From an uncultured Candidatus Saccharibacteria bacterium (GTDB taxonomy: Bacteria > Patescibacteriota > Minisyncoccia > Phycocordibacterales > UBA9973), in contig CAYTXV010000005.1 in NCBI GenBank assembly GCA_964441495.1, forward strand, positions 1 to 59,123: a DNA stretch of 59,123 nucleotides, written 5' to 3'. Positions within the stretch are counted from its first letter, which is position 1. Each line of letters starts with the position of its first letter. The notes beneath the pieces are model-generated. The model searched no databases. It saw only the letters and a list, made by a program, of their open reading frames with translations, and had not been told where the DNA came from. Shown in pieces: positions 16,504 through 25,839 of this stretch. The position numbers and the translations under genes were made by a program.

Positions 16504-17622
16504 ATGACCACTGTCTGGAAAAATATATGTATATCGATAGCGCTCGCACTCCTCTTTCCAATGAGTGTTTTTGCACAAGTAGAACAAATCTTTCACGCAA
16601 CGATAGTTGAAGTGATATCTGAAACACCTGTTAACGACACAATTACTGGAGAGTATGTTGTCCAGGAGCTCAAGGCGCGACTTGAGGATTCTGATAAAAA
16701 GGGTGAGATTGTATCGCTTACCAATGATTTTGCGCAATTTAAAAAAGGAGACAAAGTATTTCTTCGCGCGGCATCCGAGTCTGCTGATGCTACTTCGTAC
16801 AGTATCGTTGAGCGAGATCGTCGTCCGGTACTACTTGGATTTGTGATACTTTTTGTCATGGTGATTATATGGTTCGGCAAAAAGCAGGGACTGCGATCAC
16901 TCCTGAGCCTCGCGGGGAGCATGCTGGTCCTTGCGTATGTACTGATGCCTGCACTCCTTAGAGGGATTCATCCTATGCTTGTAAGTACTGTTATCGCAGC
17001 GATTATACTTTGTATCGCCATCTACTTCACCCATGGGTTCAAACGAGAGTCGACAGTGGCGCTCCTGGGCACTGTTGCTGCTGTTGTGGTGACAGGGCTT
17101 TTGTCGATACTTGCAGTGAAGCTACTTCACTTTACCGGACTCGGCACCGAAGATGCATGGTATCTCAAGCAGCGTATAGATCTTGATTTTAGAGGACTAC
17201 TTCTGGGCGGTATCATGATCGGTGTTCTCGGTGTACTCGATGATATCGCGGTGACACAAGTCTCTGTAGTACGCGAGCTGTATAGTTCCGCAGCGCATCT
17301 CTCAAAGTCTCAGATTTATACCAAGGCACTTCGTGTCGGACAGGAGCACGTCGGTGCACTCGTCAACACACTTGCGCTTGCATACACCGGCGCATCGCTT
17401 CCACTGCTTCTACTCTTTTCGCAACCAACGCTCTACCCAGCTTCGGTGATTGTCAGTCAAGAAATGTTTTCAGTTGAAATCATCCGGACGATCGTGGGAA
17501 GTATCGGACTTATCCTTACAGTACCGATCACGACTGCGCTTGCGGTACACATGCTCGAGCACTATCGAGGCAAACCACATGACCACCAGCATCAGGGACA
17601 CGCACATACCCATATACACTAA
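16504..17622 (+). CDS. YibE/F-family membrane protein with a His-rich tail
   Basis: N-terminal periplasmic domain plus about 7 TM segments in a YibE/F-like layout. The C-terminus reads HYRGKPHDHQHQGHAHTHIH. It begins 3 nt after the Fur-family gene. Confidence 0.7.
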   Translation: MTTVWKNICISIALALLFPMSVFAQVEQIFHATIVEVISETPVNDTITGEYVVQELKARLEDSDKKGEIVSLTNDFAQFKKGDKVFLRAASESADATSYSIVERDRRPVLLGFVILFVMVIIWFGKKQGLRSLLSLAGSMLVLAYVLMPALLRGIHPMLVSTVIAAIILCIAIYFTHGFKRESTVALLGTVAAVVVTGLLSILAVKLLHFTGLGTEDAWYLKQRIDLDFRGLLLGGIMIGVLGVLDDIAVTQVSVVRELYSSAAHLSKSQIYTKALRVGQEHVGALVNTLALAYTGASLPLLLLFSQPTLYPASVIVSQEMFSVEIIRTIVGSIGLILTVPITTALAVHMLEHYRGKPHDHQHQGHAHTHIH

Positions 17623-17710
17623 CAACAACGACGTACATACGAAACATACAATAGTTCACTGGTCTGTATTGCAATGTTTAATTCGTTTCAAGCTATCAAA
17701 AGAATGTTGT

Positions 17711-17738
17711 TTGACAAAACATATTGTATGGCTAATCT
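17711..17738 (+). promoter_or_regulatory. Promoter TTGACA-16 nt-TAATCT
   Basis: TTGACA at 17711-17716 and TAATCT at 17733-17738. Confidence 0.45.
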
Positions 17739-17756
17739 TAAGAAAAAACATATAAA

Positions 17757-17999
17757 ATGAGTAAAACACGATCTGATTTACCGCTTCGGCACTCTGATGG
17801 GAGATGGATGTACGATGATAAACGTATCGAACAGGTTTTCCAAAAAATGTCAGATAAGCGCAAGGTCAAGATCCTCACTCGGGCGTTGGATTATATGAGT
17901 AATCGAAACATCCCAAAATCGTCTGCAATCGCATATGCGCTTGGTTGCTCTTATGATGATGCGGGTTTTTGGACAAGAAAGACCCAAATTCGACCTTGA
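17757..17999 (+). CDS. Hypothetical protein (80 aa)
   Basis: ATG-started ORF with its own promoter. I recognise no family. Confidence 0.4.
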   Translation: MSKTRSDLPLRHSDGRWMYDDKRIEQVFQKMSDKRKVKILTRALDYMSNRNIPKSSAIAYALGCSYDDAGFWTRKTQIRP

Positions 18000-18050
18000 T
18001 CACTTAAACGACTTCGATACTCGCCTTGCGGGTATTTTTATTTGCAGCGG

Positions 18051-18353
18051 CTACTTCTTGGGTGATCCCCACTGCCAGCCAGGTTTTTCTCCTTTTTTAT
18101 AGGCAATGTAGATAAAGAGCGCGGTGAGTACAATGATCGGCAATGCAAACGTCAAGAAGTTGGTTCCAGAGTCAGGGTTTCCTGGGATCGTTTGCTCTCC
18201 TGTACGCGTAACGATCAAAACTAATCCCGCATAGACAAACGTAACAACCCACCCTTGCCACTTGGCAGGGGTCCAGCCCCAACCGTAGCGCTTGGCCTTG
18301 AACCAGTGACCTTCGGGGTTATTTTTTACATAAGCTATATATTTTTTGAGCAC
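18051..18353 (-). CDS. Small membrane protein (100 aa, Trp-rich N-terminus)
   Basis: GTG start. The motif WFKAKRYGWGWTPAKWQGW is followed by two TM helices. Confidence 0.45.
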   Translation of the reverse strand: MLKKYIAYVKNNPEGHWFKAKRYGWGWTPAKWQGWVVTFVYAGLVLIVTRTGEQTIPGNPDSGTNFLTFALPIIVLTALFIYIAYKKGEKPGWQWGSPKK

Positions 18354-18428
18354 GTAAGTATTTTAGCAAGATTTGCTCCGAACGTTAGAGGATGTTCGAA
18401 ATGTTCTGAGCGGAGTATAATCATTCGT

Positions 18429-18935
18429 ATGAAGAAAATTGTATTAGTCGCCATGCTTTTGCTAGTAGTTTGGGGGATTATTTTGCTTTCTAAAAAAGAC
18501 AGCAATTTGTCGAATGAAGTAAAAAACGAACCACTGGGAATGGTATCTGATATTGAAACAGGGAAAGGCTTTATTCGTTCTATTGATACAGTGAACGGGA
18601 AGCTGTATATAAAAATTGACCCAACAGAAAAGGAATCATGTGAAGACTCTGAGGGTGGAGATTGTGAAGAGGATGTCAAGAATACTGACCCTACCGTCTT
18701 CTCGTTTTCTACAGTAGGTGATGTACAGATTGATGGATTCACCTGCTATGTTGATAATAAGCCATTTAAATTAAATAGCATTGAGCTTTTACAAAATGAA
18801 ATAAATAATTTTCCTAACTCAAAATGCGGTACTTACGTTAGACAAAATGACTGGGATAATTTGCTCTATCTAGTTACATTCAATACTACTGGCGAAATTA
18901 AAACAATAAAGAGTGACCCAGTACATAATCAGTGA
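18429..18935 (+). CDS. Membrane-anchored or secreted hypothetical protein (168 aa)
   Basis: The internal ATG gives MKKIVLVAMLLLVVWGIILL. I recognise no family. Confidence 0.45.
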   Translation: MKKIVLVAMLLLVVWGIILLSKKDSNLSNEVKNEPLGMVSDIETGKGFIRSIDTVNGKLYIKIDPTEKESCEDSEGGDCEEDVKNTDPTVFSFSTVGDVQIDGFTCYVDNKPFKLNSIELLQNEINNFPNSKCGTYVRQNDWDNLLYLVTFNTTGEIKTIKSDPVHNQ

Positions 18936-19068
18936 TTTCTAATTTGCTCCCTCTGGTGGACGCATTCAGAACTCTTAATTGGGTTGCTATAAAAAGGGAA
19001 TTGGAGTTTTCTAAGATTTTTGAGGTGTTTCCACTAGTAGTAGTTTAGAACTAAGAGTAGTGGTTTTA

Positions 19069-19097
19069 TTGACTTAAATCACATATTATGCTCTAAT
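19069..19097 (+). promoter_or_regulatory. Promoter TTGACT-17 nt-TCTAAT (TGc extended)
   Basis: Read directly from the sequence, upstream of 19154. Confidence 0.4.
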
Positions 19098-19153
19098 AAT
19101 GTAGAATTTATGATTGCATATTGCGGTCCTCTAGTTCACTTAAATTGATAATA

Positions 19154-19783
19154 ATGAAAAAAACTAATCGTTTAGCACTCTACGATACTCGCGGACTGCT
19201 TGCACAAATCCTTGATTGTTTATCAGGGCAAGACGGCCTTTACTGGATGGAAGTCTTTAAGAAGACATTGCGTAAAGAAAATCCGTTTAAACAAGAATTT
19301 TTTAAGCGGATTAAGCTCGGCATTTATTCTGACATAGCTGGCTATAGAAAAGCTTTGCGAGAAATGAAGTATGAGGTAGGAAACTATGCAGCATGTTTGT
19401 TAAAACAGGTACCAATTTCACAAACTGAACAGGAACTTGATTTAGTTCTCGCTACCGCTGATGTGTTGAGTGTCTCCAGTCTGAAACATTTAACATATAA
19501 AGAAATTTGTAATCTGGCTTTCAAGCGGGGGTTAAAGCTATGTCCACCAGAAACCGCATTGGCTCTAAGGCTTCAGTTGCCAGAACAGCCTACAAGTTAT
19601 CCTCATGGTGATAATGAATATATTCAACAATATCGTATAGCCATGGAACAGCTTGAATATAACGGTAATCCTTATATTTTTCATGTTTCTGGCAGTATGT
19701 GGGTTCAGGGTCCAACTTTGTATGTTGATGCAATGCGAATGCGGGATACAACCAAATCGTATGATTTAGTTTTCTGTAAGTAA
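19154..19783 (+). CDS. Hypothetical cytoplasmic protein (209 aa)
   Basis: The internal ATG gives MKKTNRLALYD. I recognise no family. The region is AT-rich. Confidence 0.45.
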   Translation: MKKTNRLALYDTRGLLAQILDCLSGQDGLYWMEVFKKTLRKENPFKQEFFKRIKLGIYSDIAGYRKALREMKYEVGNYAACLLKQVPISQTEQELDLVLATADVLSVSSLKHLTYKEICNLAFKRGLKLCPPETALALRLQLPEQPTSYPHGDNEYIQQYRIAMEQLEYNGNPYIFHVSGSMWVQGPTLYVDAMRMRDTTKSYDLVFCK

Positions 19784-19793
19784 TTCAATTGTA

Positions 19794-19822
19794 AGTCCAT
19801 CCGTTAGGGTGGACTTTTTTGT
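19794..19822 (+). terminator. Rho-independent terminator
   Basis: aagtccatcc / gtta / gggtggactt followed by ttttt. Confidence 0.75.
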
Positions 19823-19889
19823 TTGCAAAAGTTCTGAAGTCACTTAGGGTATCAAAAATAACCATTATAAAATAAGCTTCAAAAAAGTG

Positions 19890-19961
19890 CTCCCCCGGCT
19901 GGATTCGAACCAACGACCAATCGCTTAACAGGCGACTGCTCTACCGCTGAGCTACAGGGGA
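19890..19961 (-). tRNA. tRNA-Asn (anticodon GTT)
   Basis: I folded the cloverleaf by hand: acceptor tcccctg/cggggga, anticodon loop ctGTTaa, T-loop ttcgaat. CCA is not encoded. Confidence 0.9.
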
Positions 19962-20006
19962 ATGTATTGTTCTGTAAATGAACGCGGAAACTATACCATT
20001 TTTCGT

Positions 20007-20249
20007 TTACCACTTCAACTCGAAGTCTTCTCGTGAGACAGATCTGCCAGTGGTGGGCGGGTTGTTCCAGACATCGAACCTGAACCATCCGTACCCTTCT
20101 GGTGGGGTAGCGAGGAAGTCTTGGTTGTTGGCGCTCACATAGTCTGCCATCCAGGTACCAGGCGCAACAGGGCTAGGAGCGATGAATTCGCCCCGTTTGA
20201 CATGCGGGTACATGACCCAGATCACAAGGAGTGCAGCGATGGTTGCCAA
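20007..20249 (-). CDS. Small hypothetical membrane protein (80 aa, TTG start)
   Basis: The ORF has one N-terminal hydrophobic helix. It uses a non-ATG start and belongs to no family I recognise. Confidence 0.3.
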   Translation of the reverse strand: MATIAALLVIWVMYPHVKRGEFIAPSPVAPGTWMADYVSANNQDFLATPPEGYGWFRFDVWNNPPTTGRSVSREDFELKW

Positions 20250-20309
20250 TACTTTGCCTATGGGACTATACTACTGACTCATAACAGAATTTCAACCAAG
20301 CGCTTCACT

Positions 20310-21725
20310 ATGCATCACTTTGCCAAAAAGACCAAAATCGTCGCAACTATCGGACCCGCTACAGAGACCAAAGAGATGTTTACTCGGATCCTCGATGCGG
20401 GTGTCAATGTCGCTCGGATCAATATGAGTCACGGGACGTACGAGGAGCAGTCTCGCAAGATCAAGACAATCAAGGCTGTTGCAAAAAAGGAAGGGTATCC
20501 ACTTGCGATACTCCTTGATCTGTGTGGTCCCAAGATCCGTATCGGAGACTTCGCAGACGGAGTTGTCGAGCTTGTGGAAGGGAGTGAGCTTGTTCTGACA
20601 GGACAGAAGTGCGTCGGAGATGCATCGCGCGTGCATTTCAGCTATCCGCATATCGAGACAGATATCAAGGCGGGGATGACACTCATGCTCGATGATGGCA
20701 AAAAGAAACTTCTCGTCACCAAGGTTGTAGGAACTGATATCTATACCAAAGTCATCGTCGGTGGTACGACCAAGAGTCGTCGCGGAGTCAACATCCCGGG
20801 CGCGTATCTGTCGATCGATGCGCTCACCGCAAAAGACAAAAAAGATCTCGTGTTTGGACTCGAACAAGGCATCGACTTTGTCGCGCTGTCGTTTGTGCGA
20901 ACAGCAGAGGATATCGATGCGCTTCGTAAACTACTCAAAAAGTATAAGTCTCATGCGCAGATCGTCGCCAAGATAGAAACACAAGAAGCGGTCGAACATA
21001 TCGATGCGATTATCGAGCGCGCTGATGCGATCATGGTTGCGCGCGGTGATCTTGCGATCGAGGTTGGTCCAGAAAAGGTCCCGTCGCTTCAAAAAGATAT
21101 CATCAACAAGTGTAATGAGGTTGGTAAACCAGTGATCGTCGCAACACAAATGCTCGAGTCGATGATCACCACACCGGTACCGACACGTGCAGAGGTCTCT
21201 GATGTTGCAAATGCGATATTTGACGGCGCAGATGCAGTGATGCTCTCCGAAGAAACAACACTCGGCAAATACCCAGTCCAAGCAGTACAGATGATGCACG
21301 ATATCGCGCTCCGTACCGAGGCAACGATCGGTACGCACCGTCGGCACAAGGTACACAAAGGTGACGTGGTCGACTCTATCTCCTCATCGGTTGTGCACAA
21401 TGCCGAAGACGTGCAGGCTGCAGCGATTGTTGCGCTCACTGAGCGAGGTTCCACACCACGTATGATTGCTCGGTACAAACCACAGCAACCAATCATGGCA
21501 TTTACTCCACATGAGCATGTCATGCGACAGCTCCTCCTCGTCTATGGATGCTATCCGATCAAGATCAAGCCGTTCCAGTACATCGCGCAGATCATCCCGA
21601 CGGTAAGTACAACACTCAAAAAGGAGGGGATTGCTGAAGTGGCAGACCAGATCGTGATCTCTGCCGGAGTACCGTTTGGGATATCAGGAAGCACCAACAT
21701 GCTCATGATTGTCGCTGTAGAATAG
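20310..21725 (+). CDS. pyk: Pyruvate kinase
   Basis: KTKIVATIGPA, NVARINMSHG, and MVARGDLAIEVG. The start is the internal ATG of ORF 20121..21725. Confidence 0.95.
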   Translation: MHHFAKKTKIVATIGPATETKEMFTRILDAGVNVARINMSHGTYEEQSRKIKTIKAVAKKEGYPLAILLDLCGPKIRIGDFADGVVELVEGSELVLTGQKCVGDASRVHFSYPHIETDIKAGMTLMLDDGKKKLLVTKVVGTDIYTKVIVGGTTKSRRGVNIPGAYLSIDALTAKDKKDLVFGLEQGIDFVALSFVRTAEDIDALRKLLKKYKSHAQIVAKIETQEAVEHIDAIIERADAIMVARGDLAIEVGPEKVPSLQKDIINKCNEVGKPVIVATQMLESMITTPVPTRAEVSDVANAIFDGADAVMLSEETTLGKYPVQAVQMMHDIALRTEATIGTHRRHKVHKGDVVDSISSSVVHNAEDVQAAAIVALTERGSTPRMIARYKPQQPIMAFTPHEHVMRQLLLVYGCYPIKIKPFQYIAQIIPTVSTTLKKEGIAEVADQIVISAGVPFGISGSTNMLMIVAVE

Positions 21726-21742
21726 TGCTATACTAAAAGAGT

Positions 21743-22099
21743 ATGATATCAATAACCGCACAAAACATGGAACTTACCCCGGCACTTCAGGATTACACCG
21801 AAAAGCGGCTTGGGGGACTTGGCAAGTTTACTGCAGGCGACCCAACGGTCACTGTTGAGATTGGTAAAACAACAGAACATCACCACAAAGGAGATATCTT
21901 TGAAGCAAAGGTTACAGCAACGACGCTGCTCGGCAAGCAGTATCACGCAGTCTCACACAAAGCAGATCTGTATGAAGCAATCGATGATGTTCGCTCTGAA
22001 ATCGTTCGCATGCTCACCTCTGACAAAGACAAAAAAACCACATTGTTCAAACGTGGCGCACAAAAAGTAAAAGATATGCTACGAGGATTTCGAAGCTAG
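21743..22099 (+). CDS. hpf: Ribosome hibernation-promoting factor (short HPF/RaiA)
   Basis: The N-terminus ITAQNMELTPALQDYTEKRL matches the sigma-54 modulation protein/S30EA family pattern. TGCTATACT lies 8 nt upstream. Confidence 0.8.
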   Translation: MISITAQNMELTPALQDYTEKRLGGLGKFTAGDPTVTVEIGKTTEHHHKGDIFEAKVTATTLLGKQYHAVSHKADLYEAIDDVRSEIVRMLTSDKDKKTTLFKRGAQKVKDMLRGFRS

Positions 22100-22912
22100 G
22101 TACGTTATATACGGCATCTGTTTCCCGTTTTCTGGGATCACTTCATCGATCACAAACTGTCCATCCGCAAGATGGGCAGTTGTTATTTTGATACGCTTGC
22201 CATTATCAAAAAAGTACGTGCCGATAGATCCACTGTACGCGCGAAACCTCCGATCGTTTGTTATCGCATCGTCATGCAAATCTAGTTCACCCATATCTTT
22301 GGTAAATTTGCCGCACCTGGTTGCGAGAGATTCGTCTTGTGGCGTGCGAGAAATAGTGCCATCAAAGATTTTTTTGATTGTTTCTGGGAGAAGGGTGAGT
22401 GCTTCTGTATTGAGTTTGGCGCGAAGTGTAGGAGTAGTGTCTGTTGGATCAATAGTTACTTCTCGGGTAGCAAGGATATCGCCCGCATCAAGTTGGTACA
22501 CCATCTGCTGGATCGTCACACCAGTCACTGTATCGCCATGTAGTATTGCGGACTCGGTTGGAGTCGCACCACGGTATTTGGGAAGGAGGGAATAGTGCAC
22601 ATTGATCGTGCCGTGCTTTGGTAGGTTGATCACGCGCTCTGGCATGATCTTGCCATAGGCTACGACGACAAAGAGATCCCACTGTGTCTTGGATAGTTCT
22701 GCAAAAAATGCATCATCGAGTTTCTCGGGCTGTAGTACTTTGATGTTGTGCGCGTTTGCCCAAACTTTGGGCTCGGGTGCAGTCAGCACCATGCCGCGAC
22801 CAACCGGGCGATCGGGAGCAGTCACGACGAGACTTGGACGATACCCAGCAGCCACAAGTGCATCGAGGAAGTCAGTCGTGAATGGTGGAGTACCAAAGAA
22901 TGCGATGTTCAT
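22079..22912 (-). CDS. fmt: Methionyl-tRNA formyltransferase
   Basis: MNIAFFGTPPF and NVHYSLLPKYRGATP. I set the start at ATG 22912 because TGCTACAAT lies 6 nt upstream. Confidence 0.9.
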   Translation of the reverse strand: MNIAFFGTPPFTTDFLDALVAAGYRPSLVVTAPDRPVGRGMVLTAPEPKVWANAHNIKVLQPEKLDDAFFAELSKTQWDLFVVVAYGKIMPERVINLPKHGTINVHYSLLPKYRGATPTESAILHGDTVTGVTIQQMVYQLDAGDILATREVTIDPTDTTPTLRAKLNTEALTLLPETIKKIFDGTISRTPQDESLATRCGKFTKDMGELDLHDDAITNDRRFRAYSGSIGTYFFDNGKRIKITTAHLADGQFVIDEVIPENGKQMPYITYLASKSS

Positions 22913-22929
22913 AGGGGTATTGTAGCATA

Positions 22930-22958
22930 TTGACAAAATATAATAAATATGTTATACT
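22930..22958 (+). promoter_or_regulatory. Consensus promoter TTGACA-17 nt-TATACT
   Basis: TTGACA at 22930-22935 and TATACT at 22953-22958, with a 41-nt leader to ATG 23000. Confidence 0.6.
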
Positions 22959-22999
22959 TATAAAAGTAAACAATTCTTTCAAACCAAAATAAATACAAG

Positions 23000-23368
23000 A
23001 TGAAAAAGTTATTTTTTATTTTCTTTTGCCTCGCCGTAACTACCGCCGTAAATGCACAATCCAGGGTAGATCAGTACGCTCAACCGATGCTTACTGTGCA
23101 TCAGGATGATCCGATCATTGAACAGCAGTTCATCAGAGAACAAAACGGAATCAAATATCGGATTGTCATAGAAGAGCACCCGATTAATCCTGCAAAAAAT
23201 ACGGTATTTATCTACCGGTATCGTCCTCAGGAACCTGTATCTTTCCTTCGGTTAGCGCTTGCTCCGAAGTTTGAAAATTTCAGGGTTATGCCGGTTGACG
23301 GCATTTCTAACAAATTCGTTATTTTGTACAGCTTCAACGGAGCAGAAAAGGTAATCGAATTTGATTGA
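23000..23368 (+). CDS. Small secreted hypothetical protein (122 aa)
   Basis: Signal peptide MKKLFFIFFCLAVTTAVNA/Q. The cassette is AT-rich and has its own promoter and terminator. Confidence 0.45.
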   Translation: MKKLFFIFFCLAVTTAVNAQSRVDQYAQPMLTVHQDDPIIEQQFIREQNGIKYRIVIEEHPINPAKNTVFIYRYRPQEPVSFLRLALAPKFENFRVMPVDGISNKFVILYSFNGAEKVIEFD

Positions 23369-23382
23369 ATGTAAACAATAAC

Positions 23383-23416
23383 AAAAACCCTTTCAGTTTA
23401 CTGAGAGGTTTTTTTA
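23383..23416. terminator. Bidirectional terminator
   Basis: An imperfect stem, aaaaccctttcag / ttta / ctgagaggtttt, followed by a T-run. Confidence 0.6.
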
Positions 23417-23902
23417 TTTCTCCGGAGGGATGTCTTGTATATCTGTTGCTTTATCGATGAAAAGCACACCGTTTAAGTGGTCGATTTCATGCTGAAATAT
23501 TTGTGCAAGGAGTCCGCGGCCACTCACGACAAACTCGTTGCCTTGTGCATTGTACGCACGTACCGTTGCGCTCGTTGCACGCTTCACGAGTCCATACTTC
23601 CAGCGAACACTAAGGCATCCTTCGGAAAGCATTTCCTTGGTCTTGCCCATACGGACAAACTCGGGGTTGATGAACACTGCGTCTTCGGTGAGTTGTTTGG
23701 ATGCGCGCTTGGCAACGACAAAGATGCGCAAAGATACACCGATCTGTGGCGCAGCGATCGCGACACCGTCTGCTTCACCGGCGAGTGCTTTGCGCATATC
23801 GGCGATCACCTTCTGGATGCCTACAGAGGTGATATCTCTCTGTGGTACCGGCGCTGCTACTTGACGTAGCACAGGAGTGGGTTCTTGGACAATAGAGTTC
23901 AT
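23414..23902 (-). CDS. def: Peptide deformylase
   Basis: The EGCLSV and QHEIDHLNG motifs. The start is ATG 23902, directly after the hisS stop. Confidence 0.9.
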   Translation of the reverse strand: MNSIVQEPTPVLRQVAAPVPQRDITSVGIQKVIADMRKALAGEADGVAIAAPQIGVSLRIFVVAKRASKQLTEDAVFINPEFVRMGKTKEMLSEGCLSVRWKYGLVKRATSATVRAYNAQGNEFVVSGRGLLAQIFQHEIDHLNGVLFIDKATDIQDIPPEK

Positions 23903-23903
23903 A

Positions 23904-25196
23904 CTATTTGAGATGCTTGATATACGAAGCGAGCTCACTGATAGGGACGGTTTCTTGGCTACGGGTGTCCATGTTGCGAACGATGACAGTGTCGTGCACT
24001 GCTTCCATCTGACCAAAGATCATCACGTATGGTGTACCGCTTTTCTCAGCAACAGCAAGCTGCGCACCGAGACTATCTTTGGAGAGTGACTGCATGACAG
24101 GGATGTGCGCCTTGCGGAGGATCTCGATGACGTTGAGACTTTTGAGCTTGGCTTCGATACCGATCTGGATGAAGTACACTTTGGGCTTCTTCATGATGCG
24201 TGGCGCGATGTCTTTGAACCATGGTTGCTCGATGATGCGGTCGATACCTATGGAGCCACCCATTGCAGGGATATCCTTTTTGCCACCGAGCTGTTTGCCG
24301 AGGTAGTCGTATCTGCCGCCACCTGCGATCGTCATCTTGCTTCCGTCCTCTGCTGTTTCGATGATCTCAAACACGGTGTGTGTGTAGTACGAGAGACCGC
24401 GTACCAACATCTTGTCTATCTGGTAGGGGATCTCCATCTGATCGAGGTATTCGAGTACTTCTTTGAAGTGCTTTTTGCCTGAAGGAGAGAGATAGCTCAC
24501 CGCATCTGGGGCACCTTGGTTTATTTCGATAGTCTTTGGTTCTTTGGAGTCGAGGATGCGAAGCGGGTTGGTCTTGAGACGTTCACGATCTACTTCTGGC
24601 AAGTCACCGAGGTGCTTTTTGTAGTAGTTGGTCAGATCGCGAATATATGCAGGGCGTGAGTCTTTGTCGCCGATAGAGTTGATCGTGACAAAGAGGTTTT
24701 TGGCGCCAGCTTCTTCGAGGATGGTGTATATAGTTTTGATCACGAGCGCGTCCACGATACTCTTTTCGCTTCCAAGCGCATCCACATCAAACTGATAGAA
24801 CTGTCGATAGCGACCCTTTTGTGGTTTGTCGTGACGAAACACTGGACCTGAGTGATACAGGAGTACTGGTTGTGGCAGGCTCTGCATACCGTGTTCGATA
24901 TATGCACGCATGAGTCCTGCGGTGTGCTCAGGGCGCATCGCAAGGTGATCACCACCCTTTGTTTTGAGCGTGTACATTTCCTTGTCGACGATGTCAGTGC
25001 CGACACCAACTGCGGTGGTAAATGTTTCTTCGTGTTCGAGGACTGGTGTTTCGATCGGTTTGAACCCGTAGTACACAGCGACTTCTTGTGCCTTTTCAAA
25101 AAATCCTTGGAACTTGTAGTAGTCATCCCCGATGATGTCACGCATCCCTTTGGGACTTGCGAGTTCTTTGTTTGATTTTGCTTGTTCTTTACTCAT
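23904..25196 (-). CDS. hisS: Histidine--tRNA ligase
   Basis: The class II aaRS HisRS pattern: PKGMRD, FRHDKPQKGRYRQFYQFD, GGGRYD. Confidence 0.95.
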   Translation of the reverse strand: MSKEQAKSNKELASPKGMRDIIGDDYYKFQGFFEKAQEVAVYYGFKPIETPVLEHEETFTTAVGVGTDIVDKEMYTLKTKGGDHLAMRPEHTAGLMRAYIEHGMQSLPQPVLLYHSGPVFRHDKPQKGRYRQFYQFDVDALGSEKSIVDALVIKTIYTILEEAGAKNLFVTINSIGDKDSRPAYIRDLTNYYKKHLGDLPEVDRERLKTNPLRILDSKEPKTIEINQGAPDAVSYLSPSGKKHFKEVLEYLDQMEIPYQIDKMLVRGLSYYTHTVFEIIETAEDGSKMTIAGGGRYDYLGKQLGGKKDIPAMGGSIGIDRIIEQPWFKDIAPRIMKKPKVYFIQIGIEAKLKSLNVIEILRKAHIPVMQSLSKDSLGAQLAVAEKSGTPYVMIFGQMEAVHDTVIVRNMDTRSQETVPISELASYIKHLK

Positions 25197-25758
25197 AGGT
25201 TTCGTGCGCAGGGAGGTACGCTATCGTTTGTAGGGGAAGGAGTCGCAGGAGTGCTCGACCGCGAATGTTTTTCTCTGGAAGCATACCCCAACTTCGTGAA
25301 TCATAACTTCCACTTCGATTGTCGCCAAGCACAAAGTATTTACCCGGAGGAACTGTCACTGTGAGGATGTCTTTGTGTGTGTGCGTGATGTAGTCTTCTG
25401 TGAGAGTAAATCCTTCAGGGTGCGTAGCGTTTTTGATAGAGACAGTGCTGCCGTCGATAGTGACTGTGTCGCCAGGTACTCCAATGATACGTTTGATGTA
25501 GTACTTGGTTGGTTCTGGAGGTGATTTAAATACCACAACATCTCCTCGTGCTGGTTCTCTGAATCGATACGTGACTTCGTCGATGATGAGATACTGACCG
25601 TTTTTGATATTGGGGTCCATCGAGTTGCCCGAGACGATAAATGGGCGAACAACAAATGCCTGGATGAGGAGCGCAAGTCCAACTGCTGCAGCGATATAGA
25701 GGACATTTTCGATAAATATCCAGAGTCTGTTGGGAGTCTTGACGACGGTAGGTTCCAT
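25189..25758 (-). CDS. lepB: Signal peptidase I
   Basis: GNSMDPN, GDVVVF, YIKRIIGVPGD and GDNRSGSYDSR. It overlaps hisS by 8 nt. Confidence 0.9.
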   Translation of the reverse strand: MEPTVVKTPNRLWIFIENVLYIAAAVGLALLIQAFVVRPFIVSGNSMDPNIKNGQYLIIDEVTYRFREPARGDVVVFKSPPEPTKYYIKRIIGVPGDTVTIDGSTVSIKNATHPEGFTLTEDYITHTHKDILTVTVPPGKYFVLGDNRSGSYDSRSWGMLPEKNIRGRALLRLLPLQTIAYLPAHETYE

Positions 25759-25839
25759 GACTGGGCGTAGTATAGACGATTTGGAGCGCTCTCACAACAG
25801 CACAAGACAATAGTGTGATTTTGTAGTTTACTACTGTCT

